The notes beneath the pieces are model-generated. The model was not told the DNA's origin. It ran no database searches and worked only from the letters and a program-made list of their open reading frames with translations. From Cenarchaeum sp. (lineage in GTDB: Archaea > Thermoproteota > Nitrososphaeria > Nitrososphaerales > Nitrosopumilaceae), in the NCBI GenBank assembly GCA_965212015.1, contig OZ243037.1, forward strand, positions 192,001-256,000: 64,000 bases of DNA. Reading direction: 5' to 3'. Positions 8,106 through 18,719 of this stretch are shown one piece after another (within the stretch, counting starts at the first letter, position 1; each line of letters starts with the position of its first letter). The position numbers were made by a program, and so were the translations under genes.

Positions 8106-10145
8106 ATGGACGTCGCGCATCTTTTGCCCATAGGGGCAGCCATTGCCTCATTTCTTGTGGCCGCGGCCCTCGTGGCGTGGATTTTACGGCAGCCTGCGGG
8201 GACAAGGGAGATGATGGACATATCCGATGCGGTCCGGGTCGGGGCGGCGGCGTTTCTGAAAAGGGAAATGATGATAATAATCCCCGTCGCAGTCGGGCTC
8301 GCGCTGGTAATTGGCGCGTTTTTGAACTATTCAAACGGCATTGCGTTTGCCGTGGGGGCCACGCTGTCCGCAGTGGCGGGCCTCGTCTCACTCAAGATAA
8401 CGGTAAAGGCCGCAGTAAGGGCCGCACACCTGAGCGGCAGCGGGCTGGGAAAGACCTTTGCAATGGCGTTCCGGGGAGGGGCGACAGTCGGACTGGCAGT
8501 TCCTGCTATGGCACTGCTGGCAATAACGGTACTGTACCTGTTCTTTCCTGACCCGATAACCATTGCCGGCGTGGGAATCGGCGCAAGCCTGATTGCGCTG
8601 TTTATCCGAATTGGCGGCGGCATATTTACAAAGGCAGCAGACATGGGCGCAGATCTGGTGGGCAAAGTCGAGGCAAACATACCTGAGGATGATCCACGAA
8701 ACCCCGCCACAATAGCGGACAATGTGGGTGACAACGTGGGCGATGCTGCCGGAATGGGCTCTGACGTATACGAGTCGTATATAGTGACCATTCTTGCGGC
8801 GCTGCTTATCGCCGCGCTGATAAACTCGTCTGAGCTGTTCCTGTATCCGATACTAGTCGGCGCCGCAGGCATGATTGCGTCGATTGTAGGCGTGGTAATC
8901 GTCGGCTCAAAGAACGTAAAGGACGTCATGAAGCCGCTTAACAGATCGTTTTATGTCTCTGCGGGAATCGCCATTGCGCTCAACTTTGTCTTTACCATGG
9001 TGTTTCTGGGCCAGACCGATGCGGCATACGGCCTCTTTGGGGCCACGGTAATAGGCGTGATTCTGGTACCCGTAATACAAAAGATTACCGACCGGTATAC
9101 AAACTACAAGTACGGGCCGGTAAAGGAGATTGCAGAGTCCGCAAAGTGGGGCTATGCCTCGCTGACGCTGATGGGAATAATCAAGGGCCTGCAGTCCACG
9201 GGGCCGTTTATGATTGCGCTGGTAGTCGCAATCATTGTGTCGTACAGCATTGCCTCTGCGTCGGCCCCGGAAGGCGCCGATCCCGTGCTGTACGGAATAT
9301 TTGGAACGGCCCTTACTGCCATGGCGATGCTCAGCCTTGCGGGAATCGTGCTCAGCATAGACGCCTTTGGCCCCATTGCAGATAACGCCGGCGGCATAGT
9401 AGAGATGACCGGAATGGGCGAGGAGAACCGCAAGGTGACCGACGAGATAGACGCGGTGGGAAACACCACAAAGGCAGTCACAAAGGGATTCGCCATAGCC
9501 AGCGCCGCCCTTGCCGCCCTTGCCATGATACAGGCGTTTCAGTTCGAGGCGGCGCACATATTTGAGGGCGTCCTCGAGCTGGATTACAGCCTGACTAATC
9601 CGGCTGTGATCGTGGGGCTGCTAGTGGGCGCGCTGCTTCCGTTTATGATCACAGGACAGCTGATAAACGGCGTGTCGCGGGCGGCAGGCAAGATGGTCGA
9701 CGAGGTAAGAAGGCAGTTTGGCGCAGATCCGGGAATTCTTACGGGCGAGTCAAAGCCCGACTATGCAAAATGCGTCGACATTGCAACTGTCGCATCAATC
9801 AAGGAGCTCTGGAAGTCCGCAGTAACTGCCATAGTCTCGCCGATAATACTCGGCGTACTGCTGGGCCCGACTGCAGTCGCAGGACTGCTGATGGGCGCAG
9901 TGGTGACCGGAATATTCCTAGCGTATCATCTTGCCAACACCGGCGGCGCGTGGGACAATGCAAAAAAGCTAGTCGAGATGAGCGGCAAAAAAGGATCCGA
10001 GGAGCACAAGGTCACCATAGTGGGCGACATTATCGGCGATCCCTACAAGGACACGGCGGGGCCTGCGCTAAACACCGTAATCAAGCTCCTAAACACCATT
10101 GCCATCGTGTTTGTCTCGGCCTTTGTCGCCATTATCGCACTCTAG
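8106..10145 (+). CDS. hppA: Membrane H+-translocating pyrophosphatase
   Basis: Motifs GGGIFTKAADMGADLVGKVE, EDDPRNP, DNVGDNVGD, GGAWDNAKK and GDPYKDT. Many transmembrane helices. Confidence 0.97.
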   Translation: MDVAHLLPIGAAIASFLVAAALVAWILRQPAGTREMMDISDAVRVGAAAFLKREMMIIIPVAVGLALVIGAFLNYSNGIAFAVGATLSAVAGLVSLKITVKAAVRAAHLSGSGLGKTFAMAFRGGATVGLAVPAMALLAITVLYLFFPDPITIAGVGIGASLIALFIRIGGGIFTKAADMGADLVGKVEANIPEDDPRNPATIADNVGDNVGDAAGMGSDVYESYIVTILAALLIAALINSSELFLYPILVGAAGMIASIVGVVIVGSKNVKDVMKPLNRSFYVSAGIAIALNFVFTMVFLGQTDAAYGLFGATVIGVILVPVIQKITDRYTNYKYGPVKEIAESAKWGYASLTLMGIIKGLQSTGPFMIALVVAIIVSYSIASASAPEGADPVLYGIFGTALTAMAMLSLAGIVLSIDAFGPIADNAGGIVEMTGMGEENRKVTDEIDAVGNTTKAVTKGFAIASAALAALAMIQAFQFEAAHIFEGVLELDYSLTNPAVIVGLLVGALLPFMITGQLINGVSRAAGKMVDEVRRQFGADPGILTGESKPDYAKCVDIATVASIKELWKSAVTAIVSPIILGVLLGPTAVAGLLMGAVVTGIFLAYHLANTGGAWDNAKKLVEMSGKKGSEEHKVTIVGDIIGDPYKDTAGPALNTVIKLLNTIAIVFVSAFVAIIAL

Positions 10146-10322
10146 ATTTTCGTACTCTGTCAGGGTCATGTCAAGCTCGTCTATCTGCAGCAGGATGGCC
10201 CTTTTGAGCGTCGGGCCGTGCTTTGGGCAGAACTTGAAAAAATCATCCTCCGTCTGAAAGCAGCCGCACATCCACGTGGTCTTTTTGTCGCCCTCTATCG
10301 TATGCCTGGTGTACGGATACAT
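10089..10322 (-). CDS. Small hypothetical protein, possible Zn-binding (CGC...CPKH)
   Basis: MYPYTRHTIEGDKKTTWMCGCFQ...FCPKHG fills the gap between hppA and the dehydrogenase. Its 3' end overlaps hppA. Confidence 0.55.
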   Translation of the reverse strand: MYPYTRHTIEGDKKTTWMCGCFQTEDDFFKFCPKHGPTLKRAILLQIDELDMTLTEYENLECDNGDKGRDKHDGNGV

Positions 10323-10425
10323 GCGTGTGGATGTATGTGCGCCGCTAAAAAAGGGTAATGCCGGCAGGGCCTGTCTGCGACTGATTTCAATTAAATAGGC
10401 CGGCCTGTACAGTAAAGCCGGAAAT

Positions 10426-11577
10426 TTGGATATAAAAAACATCACGGTTCTGGGCTCTGGGGTGATGGGCCACGGCATAGCGCAGGTCTCTGCCAGCGCC
10501 GGATACTGCGTGGTGCTGCGCGATATAGAGCAAAAGTTCCTGGATGCGGCGATGAAAAAGATAGCGTGGAGCCTTGAAAAGATGGCATCAAAGGGGAGGA
10601 TTTCAGGCAAGGAGCGGGACGACATTCTCAGACGGATTGTCCCGGTGGTGGACCTGCGCGAGGCAGTAAGGGACGCAGACCTGGTAATCGAGGTGGTGCC
10701 CGAGATTATGGAGCTGAAAAAAAAGGTCTATGCCGAGCTTGACGAGGCCGCCGGACCGCAAGTAATGTTTGCGTCAAACACCAGCACGCTGCCGATAACA
10801 GAGATAGCCGCTGCTACGTCCCGGCCGGACAGGTTTATCGGAATCCACTTTTTTAACCCGCCGCAGCTAATGAAGCTAGTCGAGATAATTCCCGGCCGGC
10901 AGACGTCGCAAGAGACGACTGCGGCCACCGAAAAGTACGTGGAATCCGTCGGCAAGCAGGCAGTCCTGTGCAAAAAGGACGTGCCGGGATTCATCATCAA
11001 CCGCCTGTTCATCCCGATGGTGCACGAGGCGTGCCACGTGCGGGAAAGGACCGGCGCCACGCTGGAGGAGATAGACTCTGCGGTAAGGTTCAAGCTGGGA
11101 TTTCCGATGGGGATATTTGAGCTGGCAGACTTTACGGGAATCGACGTCATCCACAAGGCAACGACAGAGATGCACCTGCGGGACAAAAAGGTGATCAATC
11201 CGCACCCCGCAGTACAAAGGACGTTTGATGAAAAAAAACTGGGACAAAAGTCGGGGGAGGGATTCTACAAGTATTCAGGCGACAGGTACGAGCGGATTGG
11301 GCTCACAGAGGAGCTTGCGGCTCGCTGTGATCCGATTCAGATTGCAGCCAATGTGCTAAACAACGCCGCATGGCTTGTTACAAACGGGGCAAGCGACATT
11401 GCAGAGATTGAAAGGGCCGCGCGGCTCGGCCTGGGGCTCAAAAGGCCGATCTTTGAGACTGCCAGGGAGATGGGAATGCCGAGAATAGTGCAAGAGCTGC
11501 GCATGCTGGCGCAAAGGCACGGGGATTTTTACGAGCCTGATCCCGCGCTAGTCGGCATGGCAGCTCAGACGCCGTGA
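10426..11577 (+). CDS. 3-hydroxyacyl-CoA (3-hydroxybutyryl-CoA) dehydrogenase
   Basis: Motifs GSGVMGHGIA, SNTSTL, HFFNPP, PGFIINR and GQKSGEGFY. Plausible HP/HB carbon-fixation cycle enzyme. Confidence 0.92.
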   Translation: MDIKNITVLGSGVMGHGIAQVSASAGYCVVLRDIEQKFLDAAMKKIAWSLEKMASKGRISGKERDDILRRIVPVVDLREAVRDADLVIEVVPEIMELKKKVYAELDEAAGPQVMFASNTSTLPITEIAAATSRPDRFIGIHFFNPPQLMKLVEIIPGRQTSQETTAATEKYVESVGKQAVLCKKDVPGFIINRLFIPMVHEACHVRERTGATLEEIDSAVRFKLGFPMGIFELADFTGIDVIHKATTEMHLRDKKVINPHPAVQRTFDEKKLGQKSGEGFYKYSGDRYERIGLTEELAARCDPIQIAANVLNNAAWLVTNGASDIAEIERAARLGLGLKRPIFETAREMGMPRIVQELRMLAQRHGDFYEPDPALVGMAAQTP

Positions 11578-12701
11578 TTCTGGGGCGGCGCACCCGCACT
11601 TTTGGCCGACGGGATCTTCAATGACACCAAAAACGCGCACAGTATGATTCCTATTGCAAAATACATCACTGCCACGTACCCGTGCGCAAAGGCGATGACG
11701 CCGGCAGTCATCGGCCCGATTACGGTGGCAATCGACAGCGTGGAGCTAAATATGCCAGTCGACGTCGACCTGGGATTGTTCTCCATCAGGTGGAAATTCC
11801 CCCCGATGTACAAAAACGCCCACGTGCCACCCACCAGCGCCATAAACGGCATCGTCTGCCACCATTCCGTGACAAAGGACAGCCCCACAAAGACAAAAAC
11901 CGTCATTCCTATCCCTATCTTGAACTTTGTCACATTGGAGATGCCGATCCGGCTTGCCATGAGCGTCATTATCACAAACGCAGTCACCGTGTTTGCCACG
12001 TACACCACTGACACCTGGTACAGCTCTGCTCCCAGCTGCTCGATTAGCAGCAGCGGAAGTATGGTCCATACGGCGCCTGCCCCCACGTGCCGCAGCAAAA
12101 GCGACAGGAACAGGAACCTGTTTTGCGCAATTATTCCCATCACCCTGTGCTTGATCTCCTTTTTGATCGCAATCCGGGGGAGCTTTAGCGACACTACAAG
12201 CCCGGCTGCAAACATTCCAGAGCTGGTAAGAAAGATAAGATCAGTGTCGTTTGCAATCCCGGATGCGGCAATTCCTGCCAGCCATCCGAGTGCGTGAAAC
12301 GACACCACCGATGCGACCTTCTTTTTTTCCCGGCCCGCCTCGTATGCGTACGCAAGCATGGGCGGAATCATTATCCCAGATGCAATCCCCGCGCCGACTC
12401 TTGCCAGCAGCAGCAGGATGATGTCGTCTGCAAAATAGTGCAGCCCGAACGCTATCGCGCACAGGACGAATCCCGCGCGGATAAAGACCAGCCTGTCGCC
12501 CCTCCCGTCCGAAATCCTTCCAAAATAAATCTCTGAGAGAATCTGCGCAAAGCTAAACGAGGCGACTATCACGCCGATCTCTAGTATGGACTGCGTCGTC
12601 TCCTTTGCGATGATTGGCATAAAGACAAAGACGATGGCGATTCCGGCGTGCTGGAAAAAAGTCGCCCCTCTGATATAGTTGTTAATGCCCGCCTGACGCA
12701 T
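11565..12701 (-). CDS. MFS transporter
   Basis: About 12 hydrophobic segments and motif A-like GRISDGRG. Start is uncertain. Confidence 0.85.
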   Translation of the reverse strand: MRQAGINNYIRGATFFQHAGIAIVFVFMPIIAKETTQSILEIGVIVASFSFAQILSEIYFGRISDGRGDRLVFIRAGFVLCAIAFGLHYFADDIILLLLARVGAGIASGIMIPPMLAYAYEAGREKKKVASVVSFHALGWLAGIAASGIANDTDLIFLTSSGMFAAGLVVSLKLPRIAIKKEIKHRVMGIIAQNRFLFLSLLLRHVGAGAVWTILPLLLIEQLGAELYQVSVVYVANTVTAFVIMTLMASRIGISNVTKFKIGIGMTVFVFVGLSFVTEWWQTMPFMALVGGTWAFLYIGGNFHLMENNPRSTSTGIFSSTLSIATVIGPMTAGVIAFAHGYVAVMYFAIGIILCAFLVSLKIPSAKSAGAPPQNHGV

Positions 12702-12824
12702 GTAATCCCGGACACCTAGTTTGCCGCCGCCTAATTTGAAGCAATAGACGCAAGCGGCCGCAGTACACCGGATGCAAAACAAGAGCTTTATCTAGCCATT
12801 GCAGTGAAAACAGTTGAAACCCGC

Positions 12825-13658
12825 ATGAAGACACTCAACCCGCTGGAGCTGCTCATGTGGACGTTTCGGCGCAACGAAAGGGACGTAATCAACCTTTACA
12901 ACTATCTCTCCGACGTGATGCGGCTTGCAACCGGCGGGGACATGCTCAACTTTGGATACTGGGACGGTGCGGACACGCCGGTGCTGGCGCAAGACGACCT
13001 GTGCGACGTGTTTGCCAGAAAAGCCATGCTGGAATCCGGGCAGATGATCGCAGACATTGGAAGCGGGTACGGCGCCCCTGCGGCACGCTGGTGCGGCACC
13101 CACTCTACGGTGGACGTCATATGCGTGAACATCAACCGGATGCAGCTGTGCGAGTCCAAGGGCCGCGCAAACACCCGTCCCGTAAACGCCACTGCGACGT
13201 CGCTTCCGTTCGGGCGGCGCACCTTTGACCGGGTGCTGGCATTCGAGTCCGCACAGCACTTTAGGCCGCTAGGCCGGTTTATCTCCGAATCGCACAGGAT
13301 CCTAAAGGACGACGGACTCTTTGCGCTTGCGATACCGGTGATGGCCCAGGAGCTGCTGATTCCGCACGCAAAGCTGGGGCTGCTGTCGGTGACATGGTCA
13401 TCTGAGCACTATTCCAAAGGCCACATCATCTCTGCACTCGAGGAAAAATTCGGCAATGTGCGCTGCGAATCGGTAGGCAGGAGGGTGTACGGGCCGCTTG
13501 CGGACTATTACAACGGGCACAGAGCAGAGATCAGGCGCAGGCTGTCGGGGCAGTATCCCCGGTACGTCGAAAAGATACTCTCAATGTCGGTAAACAAGAT
13601 GAAGGCGATATCGCAGGACGGGACGATAGACTATCTGCTGATTGTGTGCCGCAAATGA
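12825..13658 (+). CDS. Class I SAM-dependent methyltransferase
   Basis: Motifs LNFGYW, DIGSGYG, LPF..FDRVLAFESAQHF. Confidence 0.88.
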   Translation: MKTLNPLELLMWTFRRNERDVINLYNYLSDVMRLATGGDMLNFGYWDGADTPVLAQDDLCDVFARKAMLESGQMIADIGSGYGAPAARWCGTHSTVDVICVNINRMQLCESKGRANTRPVNATATSLPFGRRTFDRVLAFESAQHFRPLGRFISESHRILKDDGLFALAIPVMAQELLIPHAKLGLLSVTWSSEHYSKGHIISALEEKFGNVRCESVGRRVYGPLADYYNGHRAEIRRRLSGQYPRYVEKILSMSVNKMKAISQDGTIDYLLIVCRK

Positions 13659-13695
13659 TAGCAAAGAAATTAAGCGGCCTGCGGCAAGGCCCCGC

Positions 13696-14640
13696 ATGGA
13701 AAAAGAACCGTTTGCAGACGCATTACGGCGAAGGATTCTGCTCTTTGATGGCGCAATGGGAACCGAGATTCAAAGGCTTGATCCAAAGCCCGGCGACTTT
13801 CCAAATGATCGCGAGGGGTTCAACGACGGCCTGACGCTGACGCATCCCGAATGGATAGAAAAGATTCACCGCAGCTATCTGCAGGCCGGCTCTGACTGCA
13901 TAGAGACAAACACGTTTGGCTCAAACAAGATAAAGCTCGACGAGTACGGCTTTGGGGATCAGACAGTGTCGATGAACACAAGGGCCGCGCAGCTGGCGGC
14001 AGGCGTCGCCTCCGAATTTTCCAGTCCGCACAGGTACGTTGTAGGCTGCATGGGTCCGACCGGGTTTCTTCCCGGTTCTGGAGATCCCGATTTGGGGCAG
14101 ATGCCGATAGACCAGATAAGGGACGCCTTTGCGCTGCAGGCGGAGGGACTCGTACTTGGCGGCGCAGACGCGCTGCTCATTGAGACCAGCCAGGACATAC
14201 TGGAGGTAAAGATGGCAATCGAGGGCTCGCAGCAGGCAATCACAAAGACCGGAAAAAAAACCCCGATCATCGCCAATGTGACACTCGATCCGTACGGCCG
14301 GATGCTCCTTGGTACGGACATCCAGGCTGCATACACCACCCTCTCTGGCATGGGAATAGACGTGTTTGGCCTGAACTGTTCTACCGGGCCGCAGGAGATG
14401 ACGCCGAGCATAAGGTGGCTTGACGAGCAGGACGAGTGCGACCTGCTCGTGGTGCCCAACGCCGGAATGCCGGAAAACCAGGGGGGCCGCGCAGTATACA
14501 AGATGGGCCCGCAGGAGATGGCATCCTCCATGGATGACTTTATGGAACGGTACGGGCGGGTGAGAATAATCGGCGGATGCTGCGGAACCAACCCTGAGCA
14601 CATTGCTGCCATGCGCAGGGTAATTGACGCCAGGGCCTAG
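13696..14640 (+). CDS. metH: Methionine synthase, homocysteine-binding module (split MetH)
   Basis: Motifs FDGAMGT, ETNTFG, GLNC, PNAGMP and GGCCGT. Confidence 0.93.
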   Translation: MEKEPFADALRRRILLFDGAMGTEIQRLDPKPGDFPNDREGFNDGLTLTHPEWIEKIHRSYLQAGSDCIETNTFGSNKIKLDEYGFGDQTVSMNTRAAQLAAGVASEFSSPHRYVVGCMGPTGFLPGSGDPDLGQMPIDQIRDAFALQAEGLVLGGADALLIETSQDILEVKMAIEGSQQAITKTGKKTPIIANVTLDPYGRMLLGTDIQAAYTTLSGMGIDVFGLNCSTGPQEMTPSIRWLDEQDECDLLVVPNAGMPENQGGRAVYKMGPQEMASSMDDFMERYGRVRIIGGCCGTNPEHIAAMRRVIDARA

Positions 14641-14675
14641 TCCCGGCTAGGGTTTATTTAGAAAAACCGTGCACA

Positions 14676-17171
14676 ATGAGCCTGATGGCAGTACCACGGG
14701 TAAGCTCGGCGCTTGGGGCAGTAGATCTGCGGCAGAGCCCGCCCCCGCTGATAATCGGGGAGCGCATAAACACGCAGGGCTCGAGGCGCGCAAAAAAGCT
14801 TGTCCTTGATGAGGATTATGACGGGCTGGTGGATCTGGCCAAATCCCAGGTCAAGGACGGTGCGCACTGCCTTGATGTCTGCGTGGCGACAACTGAGCGC
14901 GCCGACGAAAAAGAGTTCATGGTAAGGCTGGTAAAGAAAATCAGCATCGAAGTCGGGGCCCCTCTTGTGATAGACTCTACTGATCCCAAAGTTGTCGAGT
15001 CCGCAGTAAGGCAGATTCCCGGGCGCCCGATAATCAACTCTATTAATCTTGAGGGCGACGGATCCCGGTTTGCCGGCCTTGCGCCGATAATGGCAAGGTA
15101 CGGGACGCCGGCGATTGCAATGTGCATAGGCCCGGAGGGCATGGCCTCCACTCCGCAAGAAAAGCTGCAGGTGGCAGAGCTGCTGTATAATGCCGGCCTG
15201 AAATACGGGCTAAAAGAGGAGCAGTTTATCTTTGACGTGCTCACATTTACGCTCTCGACTGGGCAGTCCGACCTGCTCGATGCCGGCAAAAACACGCTGG
15301 AGGGCATAAGGCTGGTAAAGCGGCGCTTTCCAAAGTCGTATACGGTGCTGGGCCTCAGCAACATCAGCTTTGGCCTGGCAGCACATTCTAGAAAGATACT
15401 AAACTCTGTATTTCTGTATCACGCCATACAGTACGGTCTGGACTGCGCCATAGTAAACGCAAAAGAGATCGTCCCGTACGCAGAAATATCGCAGGAGGAA
15501 AAAAATATAGCCGAGGATCTTGTATTTAACAGGCATCCTGACGCACTGGCAAGGCTGATTGGACACTTTGAGAATCTCGCCCCGCAGTCGGCCCGGAGTG
15601 AAAAGACCGACATTGACCCGTCGTGGAGCGCCGGAAAAAAATCAAACTATCGGATTATAAACCGCCTGGGCGACGGGATAAAAAGGGACGTAGTCGAGGC
15701 CATTGCCGAAAAGATCTCCATGACTGACCGCCTGGTGGAGCGCGACGGCGCGCTAATCATTGATGCCACAAAGGAGCAGACGCACCAGGGCGCCATCCGG
15801 ACGCTAAACGAGGACCTGCTTCCGGCGATGAAAAAGGTGGGCGACATGTTCGGGGCAGGCGAGCTCATACTGCCGTTTGTACTGAAATCCGCCGAATGCA
15901 TGAAGGCCGCCGTCTCGGAGCTTGAAAAATACCTGCTCAAGGAGGAGGACTCGGCCAAGGGAAAGCTGGTGCTGGGTACCGTGGAGGGCGACGTGCACGA
16001 CATTGGAAAAAACCTGGTAAAGACAATCTTTGTGAACAACGGGTACGCCGTGTACGACCTGGGAAAGCAAGTCGCGCTCCGGAGCTTTTTGGACAAGATC
16101 GAGGAGGTAAAGCCCGACGCCGTGGGCCTCTCGGCGCTTTTGGTCGTGACCTCAAAGCAGATGAGGTTCTTTATAGAGCACGCAAGAAAAAACAACATGG
16201 ACATTCCGGTCCTGTGCGGGGGCGCGGCAGTCAATAGCAACTATATCAACCGCATAGCAAAGCAGGACGGGATATACGGGCCCGGCGTGTTTTACTGCAA
16301 TACAATGTTTGACGGGCTCAAGACGATGGACAAGCTTGTATCCGGGCAGAAAAAGGAAATGCTCTCTGAATGGCGCGCAAGGCTGGAGGGCTGGAAGGAC
16401 TCGACGCCGGCACCTGCAGGCAATGTGCCGCGCAGCGACGTCAGGCCGGTGGCGCCGCCTGTCCCCCCCGATACGGGAGTCGCGCACCGCCTTGGGCCGG
16501 CAGACATTGACCTGCGCAAGATATGGGGTATGATGAACAAAAAGTCGCTCTTCAAGCTGTCATGGGGGCTGCGTGGAAAGGCAGGCGAGGAATCCGAGGC
16601 AGACCACGAGGTGCTGCTGGGGCAGTGGCAGGACCGAATCATAAAAGAAGGCCTGTTTGAGCCAAGCGCCGTGTACGGATACTTTGTGTGCCACGGCGGC
16701 GACAAAAAGCTAAAGGTGGATTATCCCGGCGGGACAGTAACGTTTGACTTTCCGCGCTCTGCCAGGGAAAAACACCTCTGCGTTGCGGACTATTTCGGCC
16801 GGAACGACATTGTGGCATTCCAGTCAGTAACTGTCGGGGGGCGCGCTGCGGGGATAATCGAGCAGTGGGACAAGCAGGACAGGTATTCAGACGCGTACTA
16901 TCTGCACGGCCTGGCAGTGGAGACTGCCGAGGCGCTAGCAGAGTGGGTCAATTGCAGGATAAAGTCGGATCTGGGGCTGGAAAAGGGCGGGCTCCGGTAC
17001 AGCTGGGGGTATCCCAGCTGCCCTGATGTCGGACAGCACAAGCTGGTATGGAAGCTGCTCTCGCCGCAGGAATCCGGCATGACGCTGACTGATGCGGGGC
17101 AGATAGTCCCAGAACAGTCGACTGCCGCCATTATAGTGCACCATCCGGACGCCGCATATTTCGGGCTGTGA
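14676..17171 (+). CDS. metH: Methionine synthase, pterin-binding, B12-binding and activation modules
   Basis: Motifs IGERIN, GLSNISFG, GDVHDIGKNLV (B12 His), SALL, GGAA and RYSWGYPSCPD. Confidence 0.95.
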   Translation: MSLMAVPRVSSALGAVDLRQSPPPLIIGERINTQGSRRAKKLVLDEDYDGLVDLAKSQVKDGAHCLDVCVATTERADEKEFMVRLVKKISIEVGAPLVIDSTDPKVVESAVRQIPGRPIINSINLEGDGSRFAGLAPIMARYGTPAIAMCIGPEGMASTPQEKLQVAELLYNAGLKYGLKEEQFIFDVLTFTLSTGQSDLLDAGKNTLEGIRLVKRRFPKSYTVLGLSNISFGLAAHSRKILNSVFLYHAIQYGLDCAIVNAKEIVPYAEISQEEKNIAEDLVFNRHPDALARLIGHFENLAPQSARSEKTDIDPSWSAGKKSNYRIINRLGDGIKRDVVEAIAEKISMTDRLVERDGALIIDATKEQTHQGAIRTLNEDLLPAMKKVGDMFGAGELILPFVLKSAECMKAAVSELEKYLLKEEDSAKGKLVLGTVEGDVHDIGKNLVKTIFVNNGYAVYDLGKQVALRSFLDKIEEVKPDAVGLSALLVVTSKQMRFFIEHARKNNMDIPVLCGGAAVNSNYINRIAKQDGIYGPGVFYCNTMFDGLKTMDKLVSGQKKEMLSEWRARLEGWKDSTPAPAGNVPRSDVRPVAPPVPPDTGVAHRLGPADIDLRKIWGMMNKKSLFKLSWGLRGKAGEESEADHEVLLGQWQDRIIKEGLFEPSAVYGYFVCHGGDKKLKVDYPGGTVTFDFPRSAREKHLCVADYFGRNDIVAFQSVTVGGRAAGIIEQWDKQDRYSDAYYLHGLAVETAEALAEWVNCRIKSDLGLEKGGLRYSWGYPSCPDVGQHKLVWKLLSPQESGMTLTDAGQIVPEQSTAAIIVHHPDAAYFGL

Positions 17172-17918
17172 CTAGCCGTGCACGCAGCCCAGGATTTTTC
17201 TTGCAAGCTCAAAGTCGTTGGGCGACGTAATGAGCACGTCGCCTGCAATATCGTGGACCTCGCTTACAAACCCGGCAGCATCGTCCCTGTATCCGGACCA
17301 GTCTATGCCGAGGAATCCTGCGGATTTTGCGTTCTTTTCGGACGGCAGGAGCACTATCGGGATTACCCTAAAGCCCATCGGGTTTAGCGCGCCGCATATT
17401 CTCGATACCTGCTGCGTCGACTGGATTACCTGCGTTATGAATCCAGACGGCCTTGCGCTGATCTTTTTTTTAATCCTGCCAAAGTCGGGATTGCTCGGAA
17501 TGGACAAAAACAGCTTTATCCTGCCGGCGCATCTTTTTTGCAGCTCTGCTACCGTCCTGCTTGGCACGAGTCCGGAATCAGACGGATTCTCGCGCAGCGG
17601 ATCCCCCTTGAGTACCAGTATGCCGTCAAGGCCCGCGCCGATTGCATCCTCCATGTATCTTTCCACGGCCGATGCGTCCTTGTCTATTACCCTCATGCTT
17701 GCGGTAATTTCCAGACCGGGGTGCGCTTTTCTCAGGGCCGATGCCGTAACAATCGGCGAGAGTCTTGCGGTGCCAAGGACCGACTCTGTAATGTGTATGC
17801 CGTCGCAGTCCCCCGCTATCTGAGAGACCCTGCGTTCCAGGCCGGCAAGCGCCGTGGCGTCCCCGGGCACCCTCGGGGGGTTGATCTCATAGATTACGGC
17901 CATCGGGGAATTTTTCAT
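17172..17918 (-). CDS. Methylenetetrahydrofolate reductase-like protein
   Basis: Motifs YEINPP, LVLKGD and FITQ. Adjacent to metH. Confidence 0.7.
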   Translation of the reverse strand: MKNSPMAVIYEINPPRVPGDATALAGLERRVSQIAGDCDGIHITESVLGTARLSPIVTASALRKAHPGLEITASMRVIDKDASAVERYMEDAIGAGLDGILVLKGDPLRENPSDSGLVPSRTVAELQKRCAGRIKLFLSIPSNPDFGRIKKKISARPSGFITQVIQSTQQVSRICGALNPMGFRVIPIVLLPSEKNAKSAGFLGIDWSGYRDDAAGFVSEVHDIAGDVLITSPNDFELARKILGCVHG

Positions 17919-17977
17919 CCTGCCTAGTTAAAACCTTTGAACACAAAATCAATAACAGGCATTGCCGTACGGCAGCC

Positions 17978-18523
17978 ATGGACCTGCGGTATGTCAGATC
18001 AAGGCTTGGCACCGACGTCGATTCCGGGGTGGACCACGACGGCACGCACAGGATTGCATCCGTGCTGGTGGTGATTTACGGGGAACCGCCGCGCGTACTG
18101 ATGACCCAAAAGCCAAGGCACCTAAAGTTTCACGCCGGCGAGATCTCATTTCCGGGCGGAAAGCTAGACGCGTCTGATGCCGACGTGCTAGACACTGCGC
18201 TGCGCGAGACAAGAGAGGAGCTCGGACTGTCCTTTCAGAGAAGACAGGTGATCGGGAGGCTGGATTCTGTCACCACGCTGAACTCTGGCTTTTTGATAGT
18301 GCCCTTTGTTGCAGTTGCAGACAGGATAGCCAGGCTGGAGACAAACGCCGAAGTCGAGCAGGCCTTTGAGATTCCGCTGGAGCCGCTTTTGGGAACCATG
18401 GCAGACGATGCGGATCCCGGCCATACGTCTATTCAAGAGATGCACGTGTTTTCATTTGACGGCAGGACTGTGTGGGGCGCCTCTGCGCGGATACTGCGCC
18501 AGATTGCCGCGCGCCTAATGTGA
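17978..18523 (+). CDS. Nudix hydrolase (CoA pyrophosphatase-like)
   Basis: HAGEISFPGG...TALRETREELG Nudix box and VWGASA. Confidence 0.9.
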   Translation: MDLRYVRSRLGTDVDSGVDHDGTHRIASVLVVIYGEPPRVLMTQKPRHLKFHAGEISFPGGKLDASDADVLDTALRETREELGLSFQRRQVIGRLDSVTTLNSGFLIVPFVAVADRIARLETNAEVEQAFEIPLEPLLGTMADDADPGHTSIQEMHVFSFDGRTVWGASARILRQIAARLM

Positions 18524-18560
18524 GATTCATTTAAAAAGAGCTCCCTGAATCTTGCCATTC

Positions 18561-18719
18561 ATGGCCGCACGCAAACCATCTGGCAGAAAGATCCGACTGC
18601 ACAAGAAAATCAAACAGACGCTGCCTGTTCCCGCATGGATAATACTGAGAACCCGCAGGGGCGTCCGAACCAACCCAAAGCGCCGCGCGTGGAGATCAAC
18701 TGACGTGGAGGTGGGTTAG
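18561..18719 (+). CDS. rpl39e: 50S ribosomal protein L39e
   Basis: Manual translation MAARKPSGRKIRLHKKIKQTLPVPAWIILRTRRGVRTNPKRRAWRSTDVEVG. Below the ORF track length cutoff. Confidence 0.93.
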   Translation: MAARKPSGRKIRLHKKIKQTLPVPAWIILRTRRGVRTNPKRRAWRSTDVEVG

